Translations under genes and position numbers: made by a program
DNA from: Takakia lepidozioides
Lineage: Eukaryota > Plantae > Bryophyta
Length of the DNA stretch: 64,000 nucleotides
Assembly: GCA_030704615.1 (NCBI GenBank)
Contig: CM060731.1
Span: forward strand, 23,994,001 to 24,058,000
Direction of reading: 5' to 3'
In this document: positions 43,617 to 55,700 of the stretch, one piece after another
Layout of the letters: every line of letters begins with the position of its first letter
How positions within the stretch are numbered: the stretch's first letter is position 1
The notes under the pieces: generated by a model
Seen by the model: the letters and a program-made list of their open reading frames with translations, nothing else
Databases searched by the model: none
Told to the model about the DNA's origin: nothing

Positions 43617-43961
43617 ATGGAGATAAACAAAACCGTTCATCCGGTGTCTTCACGGTGGATGTATCCCATGGAGCGTTACATGAAAGATCTTAAGGGATAC
43701 GTTAGGAATTACGCAAAGCCAGAAGGGAGTACGGCTGCAGGGTATGTTCTGGATGAGGCCATGGGGTCCATGACTGAGTATATGCAATCATTTGATGCAA
43801 CTCAACAGCGGACTTGGGATGCAAATGCGGAGGAAGGGGTTGAGGACGAGGTCTTCGAAGGTGTCGGCAAAAAGCGGGACATGACTGGAGCTGGGAGAGA
43901 TGCAGCACAATTTTTGTATGTGCTGAACAATACCAATGTCATGGCTCCTTGGGCGCAGTGA
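43617..43961 (+). pseudogene. CACTA transposase fragment (DUF4218-like region of TnpD)
   Basis: PVSSRWMYPMERYMKDLKGYVRNYAKPEGS.AAGY..DEA is a characteristic CACTA transposase motif. Confidence 0.88.
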
Positions 43962-46900
43962 GTACTTCTTTTCATTGCACCTTATTCATATCAAGTTCAA
44001 TTTTAATTCTGACTGTCACCAGGGTAATCAAACCACCCACAAAGTCACAAATGTCAGTGGTTCATCCTGATTTTAACCAATGCTGTAGTAACGGAATGTT
44101 TGAGTGAGTGACTTGTTGGAAGAGCATGTTCATTTACAAGTCATTCTACTCACTCCTCTAGTGGTTTGAAACAGTGGTTTTCAAAGTATCATTCATGCTA
44201 GGTATTTTTTGCTAAGTAATGCAATACTTCATTGCTAACATGTGTCATTTTTGTTGCCATTTTGTGACAAAAAGTATGCAACAGAGAAGGCACAGTTCAC
44301 AGCAAACAGAGAGGCATGTGGTGATGAGTGGCGTGCCAATCGACGTCTACCTTATCAGATCAGCCAATACCTAGGTCATTAGATGGTCCCACGGCTCTAA
44401 ATAAAGAAGACCTGGCTATGTTGGCTACCATTCAAGGGGCATTTGTGCAACCAACCGCTATTCTAGTTGAGCAAAGTGATTCAGAGGGTGACGAATATGT
44501 TTCAGATTCAAAATAAAGTTTATTGTTGGAACCATTTGTTCAATAACATCATCCCACAATGGTCTGGCCACTTGTCTGTTTTTCAAAGTCTGTCACAGCT
44601 GCACAAACCACTTAAAGTTTTTCATGTATCACCCAAAAAATGGTACCAATCACTGTTGTGTAGGCAATCACTCATGAGCAACCATTAGCATAGTGGTTCC
44701 AATTATTGCAGTATCTTTCACCACCCACTCTCCACCACTGTCAAAGTGGTACAAATCAATGAGGTGTCTTTAACCACTCAAGATCAACGTGCCAATGTCC
44801 CCGTCCACGTGGAATATTATATTTATGAACTAAAATATATTTCCAAATAATAAATCACAAATAAAATTTGAATTATTACATGTGGAGTAGGAAGTGGTTT
44901 CAACCACTTCCCATCACTGAGGTGTCTATAACCACTCACAATGTACCACTGCACTCGTCCACGTGGAATATTATATTTATTAATTAAAATATATTAGCAA
45001 ATAAATAATAATAAATAAAAACAAATTATTACACGTGGACTACTGAGTGGTTGAAACCACTTCCAACCACTGTCTGTGATGCCACTGTGGCATTTCATTG
45101 GGATTAACCACTGGCAAGTGGTTACTAGTGGTTTATACAGTGGAAAAAGACAGTAGTGGTTAAAGGGCCAGTGGTTATTCCACGTTTTTCTTCTAGTGAT
45201 CGAGTTGCTGATTTCATTATAGGGGAGTCTTCCCGTTCAGCAGGCATCAGCAAAGATGCCATCTGGAGGGGTCTCTCTTAGCTCCTCGCAGCAATAGTGC
45301 CAGGACTACAATAAGGTACATTGGGCTGCAGGTCATGTGTTGCAAGGGCTACTGAATGATTTCCATGAATGCCCGAGTGCCTGAATCCCCTTGGTGTCAT
45401 AGTAACGGACTGTTTTTTTTGTTATTGTAGGTATCACTGCTCATATGGTCCACAGGACAGAACTAGGTGCCTCTTGGAGGTTACCCCTGCAATGGCACAC
45501 AAGAAACGTCGAGTGAAGCCTGCAAAGAAGAAAGGGAGGAAGCCAAGAGTCACAGCTGCTTCCACTGAAGCAAAGGCAAAACAAATGAGGATCACACAAA
45601 CAAAATCGGGGGAAGGCATCAAGAGGGGATGCATGTACAGGTTTATAGTGAAGCAATGTTATGTGGACCCTGATATTGCAGAGTTGGTCTATTATGAAAA
45701 GAACATGTGAATGGGGATGGACAGGTCTGCCATGGACATGCGCATCAAGTAGGTCGCATTTCATTAGCTCCCCATTTGAGCGATGAGATGAAATCATGGG
45801 TGTTACACAACCTCCGTCTCGGACTAAGCATCAACAAGATAATGCCCAAGCACACGCAGAGGGTGAGGGAAATCATGGATGGGGGGTTGGAGGTTACTCG
45901 TGACACCTTCCTTCTTTCAAATGACATCCGAAATATTGCCAACAAGTGCCATGAAGAAACTTTCAAAAAGCACTCCAATGATGTACAAAGTACTCGAATG
46001 TGGGTGCATGAAAACTCAGGAAGCGTTTTCTACTACCATGAAGAGTCTAATTAACCTGCTTGGACGTTGAATGACAGAAAACTCAACCTTCCATTTGTGC
46101 TTGGCATACAAACCAATTGACAAATAAATCAGATGCTCAAACACGGTCATCGTCGCATAGTTGTTTGTGATGCAACCTTTGGAACGAATGAAAATAAGGT
46201 TCGTCAGATTGTTAACCCGAATTTCTTGAAAGCATGACAAATTACGTTCTTCATGTGAAGTCCTCTATGGTATTCCAGTGGCTTACATTATCACTGCAAA
46301 GGTGCAAAACCATCGATCTGACGCCTTGGATGGAGGCACTGAACAAACAAATGACAAGTCTGCAAGTAGACTGGCATCCCAATGTCTTTATTGTGGATGA
46401 CGCATATGCTGAAATTGCTACCATTAGGTACGTCCATGAACTCAGGCAATATACCTACCATAATCTCTTAGTTACACATGAATTTCAGTTTACCTACCTC
46501 ATAAGAGAACAGATCTGTTTGGGGGGATTTTGCTGTTTTCTTGTGCTTGTGGCATGTTCACCGAGCCTGGCAGAAGAATGCAGTTGCAAAGGTGAAAGAC
46601 CCAGTATTGCAAGCGGCTATCTTACAAGACCTGGCACAGATCATGTACGATAGAAGGGAGACCTCTAGGGATGCAGGTGAAGCATTGGCCGTATTCAAAA
46701 TTCTGGACCTACGAGAGAAGTACCCTTCTGAGACAGAATTATGCACCTACATGGAGACATAGTGGCTTCCATAAACCAAAATGTGGATGAAAGGATCCCG
46801 GAACATACCTCATGCCTCTCAAGACACTAATGCTGCCATAGAAGCATACCACGGGAACCTGAAAGCGCAATTGAAGAGCATCAAAAGCGTCCTCGGTAGC

Positions 46901-49900
46901 AGGCGGGTGGATTGGCTCATCTCTGAACTGACAAGTGATGTGCTAACCCATTACTGGTACATGCCACATGCAAAGACATATGGGTTCATCCGAAACAAGC
47001 GGCAGGAGGGATTTGTTTGCACTTCAATCTTGCTTGCCAATGACATTCCAGATGCCAATGTGCACCTGCCTCATACACCCGGAGGCATTGCAACAGTTCA
47101 ATGTCACCACCATTTGGGTATGACATATACTATCCACAATCCGGATTCTAAAATGGCATGTTGTGATTGTCATTGGGCCCAGAAAAGAAATATGTGTGCA
47201 TACCAGGTGAAGGTTCTGATGCTGCGCCCCCAAGTGGACGATGTGCTGATTGCAAAGTTCTGCGGTTCCCTCATGGGCACATGTAAAGGTGGCCTGAACA
47301 ACTTGATGACTGGTCATCACTCCTCTTCTTCCATCTCTTCCTCTTCACAAACTCCCCCAGGTCTGACCTCCCCTTCAATGGCTCAGAGAACATCCGTTGG
47401 TCGAAGTCCACTGCCCAGCCTACCTGCCCTTATCTCCACAAAGTGGCAAACTATTCTTGAACTGACGGATAACAACATATTTCTCCAACAACATCTTCTT
47501 GCCTTAGTGAGAGCTACAAAAGGAAAGATTTTGGACCTCACTGCCATGATGGAGGAGGGTCTTCAGTACCCTGGTGAGGAGCTAGTTATGACTGTTGGTG
47601 ATGATGGGAATGGAAAGTCACTTGCGCGCTACAAAGACTATTTGGAGAGGCATGGCTACTCGGGAAATTACCCACCCGTGTCCTCAGATTCCAGGACTAG
47701 GAAGAGGTTGTACACCGGCTGAAGGAGTTCAGGTAAGCCAGCATATGGAGGTCTCAGGGTTCATGTCTTTCTCCCGGTTCTAAACTCCAGGTCTGTCATT
47801 TCCATGGGGTGTATGCTAAGTTAATGGGAAATGAGGCTGGTCTATGCAGGGATAATCTGAAGCAGCCCTTCCGACTCAACACATCTTTTCAAATTTGTAT
47901 GCATGGGAATGGGATGGTGGACTATGAGGGGGTGGTGAAGTAATTTGCATCAGAAATATTGTGGCTAATGCATGTGAACTTTAGGAGACAGTGAGGAAGA
48001 CCAATGCATCTTTCAGCCTGCCAACGAGGACTTGTATGTTGCTTTTGGAGGTTTACGGTTTAGGACACACTCTGAACCGGCTCAGGGGGGTTGAAACCAA
48101 GGTCTGCGTAATGTTGCCTTGAAGAGACGACTTGCTAGTATTGGAGACCATCATAACAATAGCATCAGATACAGGGCTCATTCTCTTTCTGTTTGTAACA
48201 TCATGAGATCTTTACATGTGAGTTGGGATGTAGTTCAACTTGCTGGGAGTTTGGATCTTTGGTTTGGGTCACTGTAGTTCAGTAGGTATTTCGAATCAGG
48301 AGACCTTGTTCAAATATTTGGGGTCGAACTTTTTTTTCATCATGAGGCAAGCATTTGCAAATGAAGATGACATTCCAAATTTACACATTCACATGCATCT
48401 TTGCAGTTGAATACCTAGTTTGAGTCGTTGGCCATGTACAACTGTTTCATTTGAAGTTGGTATTCACATAAAAGGGAGCAAGCACAACCTGCAACAATAC
48501 AATGCCCATGGAATGTTATTATTTATATGATTGCAGAGCAGAGGTGCAAGGACAGAGCTGCCAGTGAGGTAAGAGGGAACGACGTGGGCACAAGTTCGTT
48601 CGGACCCCAAAATGTCTAAAATGTGAAGACTAAGCATTGTGTCCATCAGAAAATGCAACTATATTGCTCCCACTCCAGTGGGTTCAGAAAGCAATAAATA
48701 CAATGCCTCTCCAATAACATTTGTGAACAAAACAGCCCACCGAGAATGAGTATACAGACATACTACTGTGACAATGCCAATTCAAAAGGAAGCATCCCTC
48801 ACAAGCACCCGCCATTTTTTCCCGTCCTACTGTCATGTGGGTGGAGGCTGCCAATCAGAGACATTTGCCTCCACTTCATGCATGTGTTGTGCATGTCATG
48901 TGGACCAATGCGTACCTCAGCTAATGATGGAATCAGTATCCAAATCGCATCCCTTTACTCCTCAAGATGCATGTGCCCATCCGAAACCGTGCAACACATG
49001 ATTTACCCCCTCCAAAAGTCATGTTCTCTAGCCTCACTAAACACATACTCTCCACACATGACATTGCCATTCAGCACTCCCAAACTCGTTCAGTTTCCTC
49101 AGATCCCCCATTGCTTTGTCGCACTCTTCCTCTTTCATATTTTGCCTCGCATTGTAGCCTCTTTCACTTCCGCCTCTCTCACTTAGCAATGTCAGACGCT
49201 CAAGAAAGAATAGGCAGCTCTTGACTGCAAGAAAAAGCTTTTGTTGATGTCGATACTCACAAGGAGTTGGCAAGAGATAATATTGGCATCGTGGGGACTG
49301 ACATCTCCGGATTGGAAGCGTTGGTGGATTGGTCAAAACCCACAGCATGAAACATCATTCTTACAGCATATGTATCCGCAGGTAGAGTGGGCTGGTCTGG
49401 CTTTTACGACGATACCAACAGTGCAGCTGCAAAACAGCCTAACACCGTTGTACTAAGGTCAAGATTCATGTGTGCTCCTAACGAAGAGTGGGGGCCACAT
49501 GCTTTGGCCCTGGACCCTTCGATGGAGAACGAGTGTTTTCATATTCTTACCTTGTTTAAATGGGTGGATGAAGGCTGGGATTGCATTAAACTACTGGACG
49601 AACTTCCCTCCCCCATCATGCGCAAGCTTTAGAAGGGCTCCAGACCTGAAAGACCTTGGACCAGGGCTGGTGACATTTGCCTAACTATTGAGGATGGAGT
49701 GATGCATGTCATGTTTGCTTCCTTCATGCATATGCGGAAGAACTCATCCTCGGTGTTTTTGCGTGTCTTGCCGCATTGGGGGAGCAATCACTTTCATCAT
49801 TCAGTCTTCTTCTTTCAGTGGGATATGCGTGTGTGTGTTTGGAAAGAGAGAATGATTAGGTAGGAGGTTCAGGTGCATAATTATGAGTGGAATTTCAAAG

Positions 49901-51410
49901 AGGTTGACTTGGTCAATAGCATGCTGAACCTCTTTTCACTAACATTAGATAGTTTGCCTCTTTTCTACGTTTGTGTGACCCTTGAAGGTGGCGAGATGCA
50001 TGTGATGTTTGCTTGAACAATGCACATGCCAAAAATAGATTGTGATGTCCAACAATTTTTCCATGTATTCATGTCCAAGGTGTACTCTTGGTATTCATGG
50101 TTTTCATTTTGCTTCCACACGGTTTGAAGGTTCTCCCACCTTATAGTGCAAAGGCTGATCTGTTGAAACTTGAAACGTTGTGTCACCAACAGAATACTGC
50201 AGGGGCCACTAAAGACAAGGGGTGTAGCTGATCATCATAGAGAAGTACTATGCTTAGTTTTTTTTTTTTTTCCCAAAAAACATTTACTACTAAAATTAGT
50301 CTTTGACCTTCAGCCAGTACTAAAATAATAACAGCAATGTTCTTTAGAAACATATTATGGGTAGGGATCTCTATGGTTTTAAGCAAGCAAACCACAGGCA
50401 CTCATTTGCTTAAGTAAAAGCTAGGGCTGATTTGGAGGTCACTGACAGACAGTCCACATACTAAAAAACACAAATTTTGGTTTATGTAAATCCCAGTATG
50501 ACAGTACAACGAATATGAATACTGTTTAGTATGATGTTTGTCACCATTCTTCTTGTGCAAAACAATGAAACACCAGATGTATGTATGTAACACCGTGGGG
50601 ATGACCCCGCCCTTTTTGTGAAAATTGAACATCATTCTCAAAATTCGTCGCGGTAGTGCGGAGCAACGCGAAGCCCTAGTTCTAGCGACGACCGAAGGTC
50701 GGAAGCTAGTTCAGCGTAGAGCAGGAATAGGGTGCCATAGTGCCATGTCATCGTTACCACGTTTCGTCGCCAGGTCATCATAGACACGTCATCGTCGTTG
50801 TCAATTTCTTTGGAATCTGCCCAAAATGCCCGAAAAGAGCCGCGGGGAATGGATGCCCCCGCGTGCTCGAGCGCGGAGGTGTTTCACGCAATGTGGTGAG
50901 GCCCGAGGGCATCTTCTTCTTTGACCTATTTCAGCCAGCAGAAATTACTTGAATATGCTTCCTTAAAAGAAACCATCCAGGCTGTGTACAAGGTCAGGGT
51001 GCTCCTAAATCAAGCAATAGTTGACCCAAAATTTTCAGTTGATCTGTTAAAAGGCTTAATTCTTAGTTGTCATGGAATCTTGTTGCTTGATCTGAATTCA
51101 CACCACACCTTCTATGCACATCTGTGCTGGAAGAGCGCCTCTGCCTCTTTACTTGTTCATATGTCCTGCTTTTCGTTGAGTACACGCCAAAATCAATCAT
51201 CTGTACCTGGAACGCCACTCTATAAAGTTTCTATCCGTGAGTTTGTACAATCAACATGTCTATATCATGGATGCTTTCCATGGTATGCAAGTAGGTTCCT
51301 GTATGTTTTCTCCTGGCATTTTGGGCGTCAGGTTGCCTTCGCTTCCACAGTCTGAGGGTTTTGGCTGGTTCTTCAAGGTCTGATCTCAGCCTTTCCTATA
51401 TCAAATCGGT

Positions 51411-52020
51411 ATGGTGGATCTATGGTGGTTTTTGAGTGATTTTGACATGTTACTCCCAATGTGGCAACAGGAAAGAATCGAAAAACAGATAACAGCGACG
51501 AGGAGAATCTCTGGAATGCTCACCTCAATGATGACCGCAGCTTCTGAAAGAGGATCAAGAGAGGGAGTCTACAGTGCCTCTTCTGGCACTTCTGCGCATG
51601 TGAAGATGCTTTGTGAGGCAGGCAGACTGAAAGAGGCTCTACAGACTTTAAACCAAGGAGGCATTTCAGCAGATTCAGATACCAATGTCTGTCTCTTGCT
51701 TAAGTGCATCAAGATGAAAGGTCTGGAAGCTGGAAAGCAGGTGCACACGCACATTATCCAAAGTGGATTCACGCCAAATGTTTTTCTACTCAACACCCTT
51801 ATCATCATGTACGTTAAGGGCGGGAGCATCATGGATATTCACCAAACATTCAACAGAATGCCTCAACGATCTTGATCACGTGGAATATAATGTTGGCAAG
51901 ATTTACCAAGCATGGGTGTGGTAGGAATGCTTTTGAGACCTATGAGCAAATTCTGCGCGAAGGGGTGAAGCCAAACCACATCACATTTGTTTGTGTTTGC
52001 AATGCGTGTGCAAGCCTGGA
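51411..52020 (+). pseudogene. 5' part of a PLS-class PPR gene (frameshifted), interrupted at ~52020 by the large element
   Basis: LCEAGRLKEAL...GKQVHTHIIQSGFTPNVFLLNTLIIMYVKGGSI...F.RMP, followed by a frameshifted TWN.ML...GVKPNHITFV..NACASL. Confidence 0.85.
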
Positions 52021-52033
52021 GGTTTACTATTTC

Positions 52034-52079
52034 ATGAGCGCATGAGCCCATGAGCCTATGAGCCTATGAGCTCATGAGC
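52034..52079. repeat. Terminal 8-bp tandem repeat (C/T)ATGAGCN x6 at the element's left end
   Basis: CATGAGCGCATGAGCCCATGAGCCTATGAGCCTATGAGCTCATGAGC. Confidence 0.85.
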
Positions 52080-52180
52080 GGACATCCGCGGAATTGGAAT
52101 TTTCCTGCCTTTATTGACGGTGTTATGTCCTCTTACCTCGGTAATAGGGTCTGTTTCTCCTGGTCCAGGATGCGGAATGA

Positions 52181-52463
52181 GGAATTTCGGCGCCGTTATT
52201 CCCAAGAGCAGTGTGCTAAAATGGTGTTTTGAAGACATCCACCGGGGTATTTCGGCACCGAAATTACCTCTTAAAATGTGATATAGTGCGGTATTTAATG
52301 GCGCAGAACGGGCAATTTCGGCGCCGAAATACCCAAGTGGAATGTGGTGAAGTGCCTTGTGCTGAAGGCTTCCATCGCAATATTTTGGTGCAGTAATTCA
52401 TCCGTGGAATTTTTGAGGCCCATATAACGAAGGCGCAAACTGGGCTATTTCGGCGCCAAATTT
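52181..52463. repeat. Subterminal copies of the TTTCGGCGCCGAAA palindrome, spaced 65-67 bp
   Basis: GGCGCC-type cores start at 52189, 52254, 52320, 52387 (degenerate) and 52452. Confidence 0.85.
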
Positions 52464-52709
52464 CCCAATAGGAATGTTAGAAACGGCAGGGTTTTCATGG
52501 CTTCAAGTTCCCGGGTCGATGGTGTGCATAAATTACTTGTAGGGTTCTTCACTGAAGTTTGCGTCTCTTCTGCTTTTATTATAGATTTTGGTTGGCGGAA
52601 GAAATGTAGGGAATGGACAAGCAGTCTGAACACAATGATTTTTCAAATCGTCAATATATTCATTAAGTGTTTCAGAACTGTACAACAAAAGGATCCAAAT
52701 GAGACTTTG

Positions 52710-55700
52710 CTATGGTGAGGATCCGCTATCACTGTCCGATGCATCCCCGCCCTCATGCAAGGATGGCTGCCTTCCACCTGCCTCCGAACCTGCACTGCCG
52801 CTACCGCTGTTACTCTGAGAAGCCCTCCCCTCAAAAATACCATCCTCACCAGCCGGAACTGTCCACCTGGGTGCGGAAGTCTCCTCGACATTCCCCTCGC
52901 TCTCGGACGCGGATTCTATTACGAACTTCCCTACTCTGCCTTTCACAATTCTATGTTTGGCCTCACGCCTCATTATAATTCTCTGCTCATTCCCGTATGT
53001 CAATTGCTCTAACCGAGTAGGCCTATCCTCCCTCCTGATGGCTTCTTTGGCAGCCGTGTCTGCATACGCTGGTAGAAAAAAGGGCTTCTGGGGACTCGCG
53101 AGAAACGATTTTCTGGCAAAGAATGGCCGATGCGATTCTGTCTCCTCCTCTGCAACAGGGTCCGATTTGAGCAAGTCTCCCAGCTTCTCCTCGTCGGACG
53201 ACTCTGCAAGGCTGAGTGTACGCACAAACATAGAATGAAGTACATTAGAGAATTCAAACAGGGAATCATCGGCAGGTTGCATGGTCCCTACAACCGAAAC
53301 CAATACACTTACTATGGTGCAACTCACTCGAAGACAGGCATTGGGGGAAGCGGCTTCGGGCGCCCCTGCATCGAACGAATTTCCCGGACTTCCTCCTCTT
53401 CATCTTCCTCCTCTCCTTCCACGTCCTCTTCTGCGTTTTTGGGATCCTCAGTCGGAGGCAGACGCTGAAGGCCCGCCAAATTGTAATCGTACAAGGCCGT
53501 ATCCCCCTCAAATGAGAACACAAATCGGTTCGACATCCTTCCCGCCCACATACAGGCACCTGCGAATTCATACGACAACCACAGCCAAACTCAAGAATGA
53601 GTCGCTTCCTCGCACAAGCAAACATACAGAAACGGAAATGGTGTCAATTTCAGTGCCGCATTCAATTAACGTTCTCACCTGTATTTGCAGTGACGTCAAG
53701 GACCCTGCCTTCAACATCCGTACACGTTTCCATGAGCGTCTGGATGAATGCAGGACTCCTGGTCCTGCCATACCTCCATGGCTTGCCCGACAAATCACAA
53801 AGAATGTCCTTCTCTCCCACATGGTTGAACAGGACGTTATACTCCAGTGGATCAACTGTGGAATCAACAAGTCTTCCTGCTTCACGTAATTTGAATTTCG
53901 AATGTTCCTTCACGAAGCAAAATGCCTGAAAGATAAGAGTCTGCAGAGAAGGAAATGAAAACGTCAGAGGTGGCCTACATGTACAGGGGCAATTTTGGCC
54001 AAGAAATTGACATAGCAGAGGAGAACCACAGCATACCTTCTGGCCATCGTTGAGAAGACCCTGCGTGTTGATGCAAGTCCAGATCTTTTTCAGGATGGGT
54101 GCTGCACTTCTCCCCGTCCATACTTTGATATCATTCTCAGTGACTTCTCCATCGGCTGCTAGCACAACAACACAGCCAACGTCGTCCAACATGTTGGCTG
54201 CGAACCCGAATGTGTGGCTCCAGTATCGTTCGTCGTACTTGTTCCACCAGGGAACTGAGCCCAGCCCCAGTATCTCCTGCCCATCCGGGATATCCACAAG
54301 GATCATGTCGATGGAGGCTTTCACCGCCCTGCCCCCGACTGTGCTCTTTTTGCCGTGGCTCATCGCCACAAAATACTCCATCATCTTTGTGTAGCCAGGA
54401 GTGTCCTCCATATCATTGCCAGTGGCCTTCCTCTTCCCCTTCCCCTGGTGGGCCTCGATCGCCTTCCTCAAACTCGTTATCTCCAGCCTTCTGGTCAGAG
54501 CAGTTAGGAAATTTTCATTAACACACTCCACAATTGTGGGTGTTTTGAGGACTTCCCTGCCCGCAATCTGCACCGCACGGTAGGGTCTGCCAGGTGCATC
54601 CTCGTATAGTGATCTCTTTGCAGCCGACCCCCCGGAGCGCTGGCCCTTGTGAATTTTCGGACGAGGTGTGGCCCCCTGGGTGTTTTCCTGCTGGAAATCG
54701 TCGTCCGAATCCTCCTCATCTGGCTGACTGTTTTGCTGCTTCTTCTTCTTGGGTGTGGGGGTCTTCGTCTCTTGCCCCTGTTTGCGCGTTCTTTTCTTCC
54801 TGTCCTTGGGCTGCTCAGCTGCCTGCTTCTCCATCTGCTCCTTCGCCAACGCTGCCGCCTTGGCTGACTTTCTCAGTGCTTTCTGCTTGGCTGCCTCCTC
54901 TGCTTTCAGTCTTTCCGCGTCCTCTGGTTGGGGATCCGATTGCGCCTTCATAGCCCTGGCATTCGCTTCCTTCTTCAAGTTAACCTCCGAGAGGTCAACG
55001 GTCCCACTTGGGAGATCCACATACCAGGGGCAGTTTACCAAATGCTCGGCATGCCACTCCTTCGCCATTACTTCTGTGTACATCGTTCCACGACCTCCAG
55101 GTGTCCTCCACGCCAGGAAGAATGGTGGAACCCTTTGAATGGCTCCGGACGGAATGAGTGCAAAGTTTATGTACCTGCAATCACGAGGCAGTTCAACAAA
55201 AATCATTCTACCGATGCATCATGCAAGTGGAAGTTGTCAATGCACAAGGTATTTCGGCACCGAAATACGGAGTGGACCGTGCCCCAATTACCCAGAACTC
55301 ACATCTTGCAGAGGTATATTTCGGCGCCGCAATATCCATCGCTGCTTAACCAAATCATCTAAACTGCAAATAGGGGGATGCATTGTCAGCAGATTACCTG
55401 AACAGGACACGCATTGCCGCTTTGTCGGCACCCTCCTGCTCTTCGATGTATACGCTGCGTCTTGCCTTTGCAATTTCTCTGAAAAAGAGGTTTGCGAAGC
55501 GCCCTCGCCACGACTGCACGTAGTTCTCCATTGTCTCAGGCTTCGTCCAGTCGATCTGTAACTTGAAAGTGGTGGTGTTGCAGTCCAATTGCTCCTGGGC
55601 GTGGGTCAGTACCTGCATCATGGCAGGTTTCCAAAACATTCATGATTTTGAAATTGCGACGATGTCCAACACAGAATAGGAGAAAATTATACCTGATGCC

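Larger units (their letters stand above)
40210..45198. mobile_element. CACTA (En/Spm) DNA transposon, internally deleted, with TIRs and a 3-bp TSD
   Basis: Left TIR CACTAGAAGAAAAACGCGGAATAACCACT starts at 40210; right TIR AGTGGTTATTCCACGTTTTTCTTCTAGTG ends at 45198. ATC flanks both sides (40207-40209, 45199-45201). Many AACCACT/AGTGGT subterminal repeats are present. Confidence 0.93.
40085..47722 (+). pseudogene. Decayed MULE-type SWIM zinc-finger transposase (similar to plant SWIM-domain proteins of the At4g13970/At1g60560 type), split by a CACTA insertion
   Basis: QVQMPTIGDFNHHVLQW...AYIP*N | RVADFIIGES reads across the CACTA. It continues YHCSYGPQD, KRGCMYRFIVK...VCHG, CDATFGTN, FIVDDAYAE, CLWHVHRAW, DTNAAIEAYH and SWIM-like CDC....NMCAYQ, with multiple stops and frameshifts. 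Confidence 0.82.
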
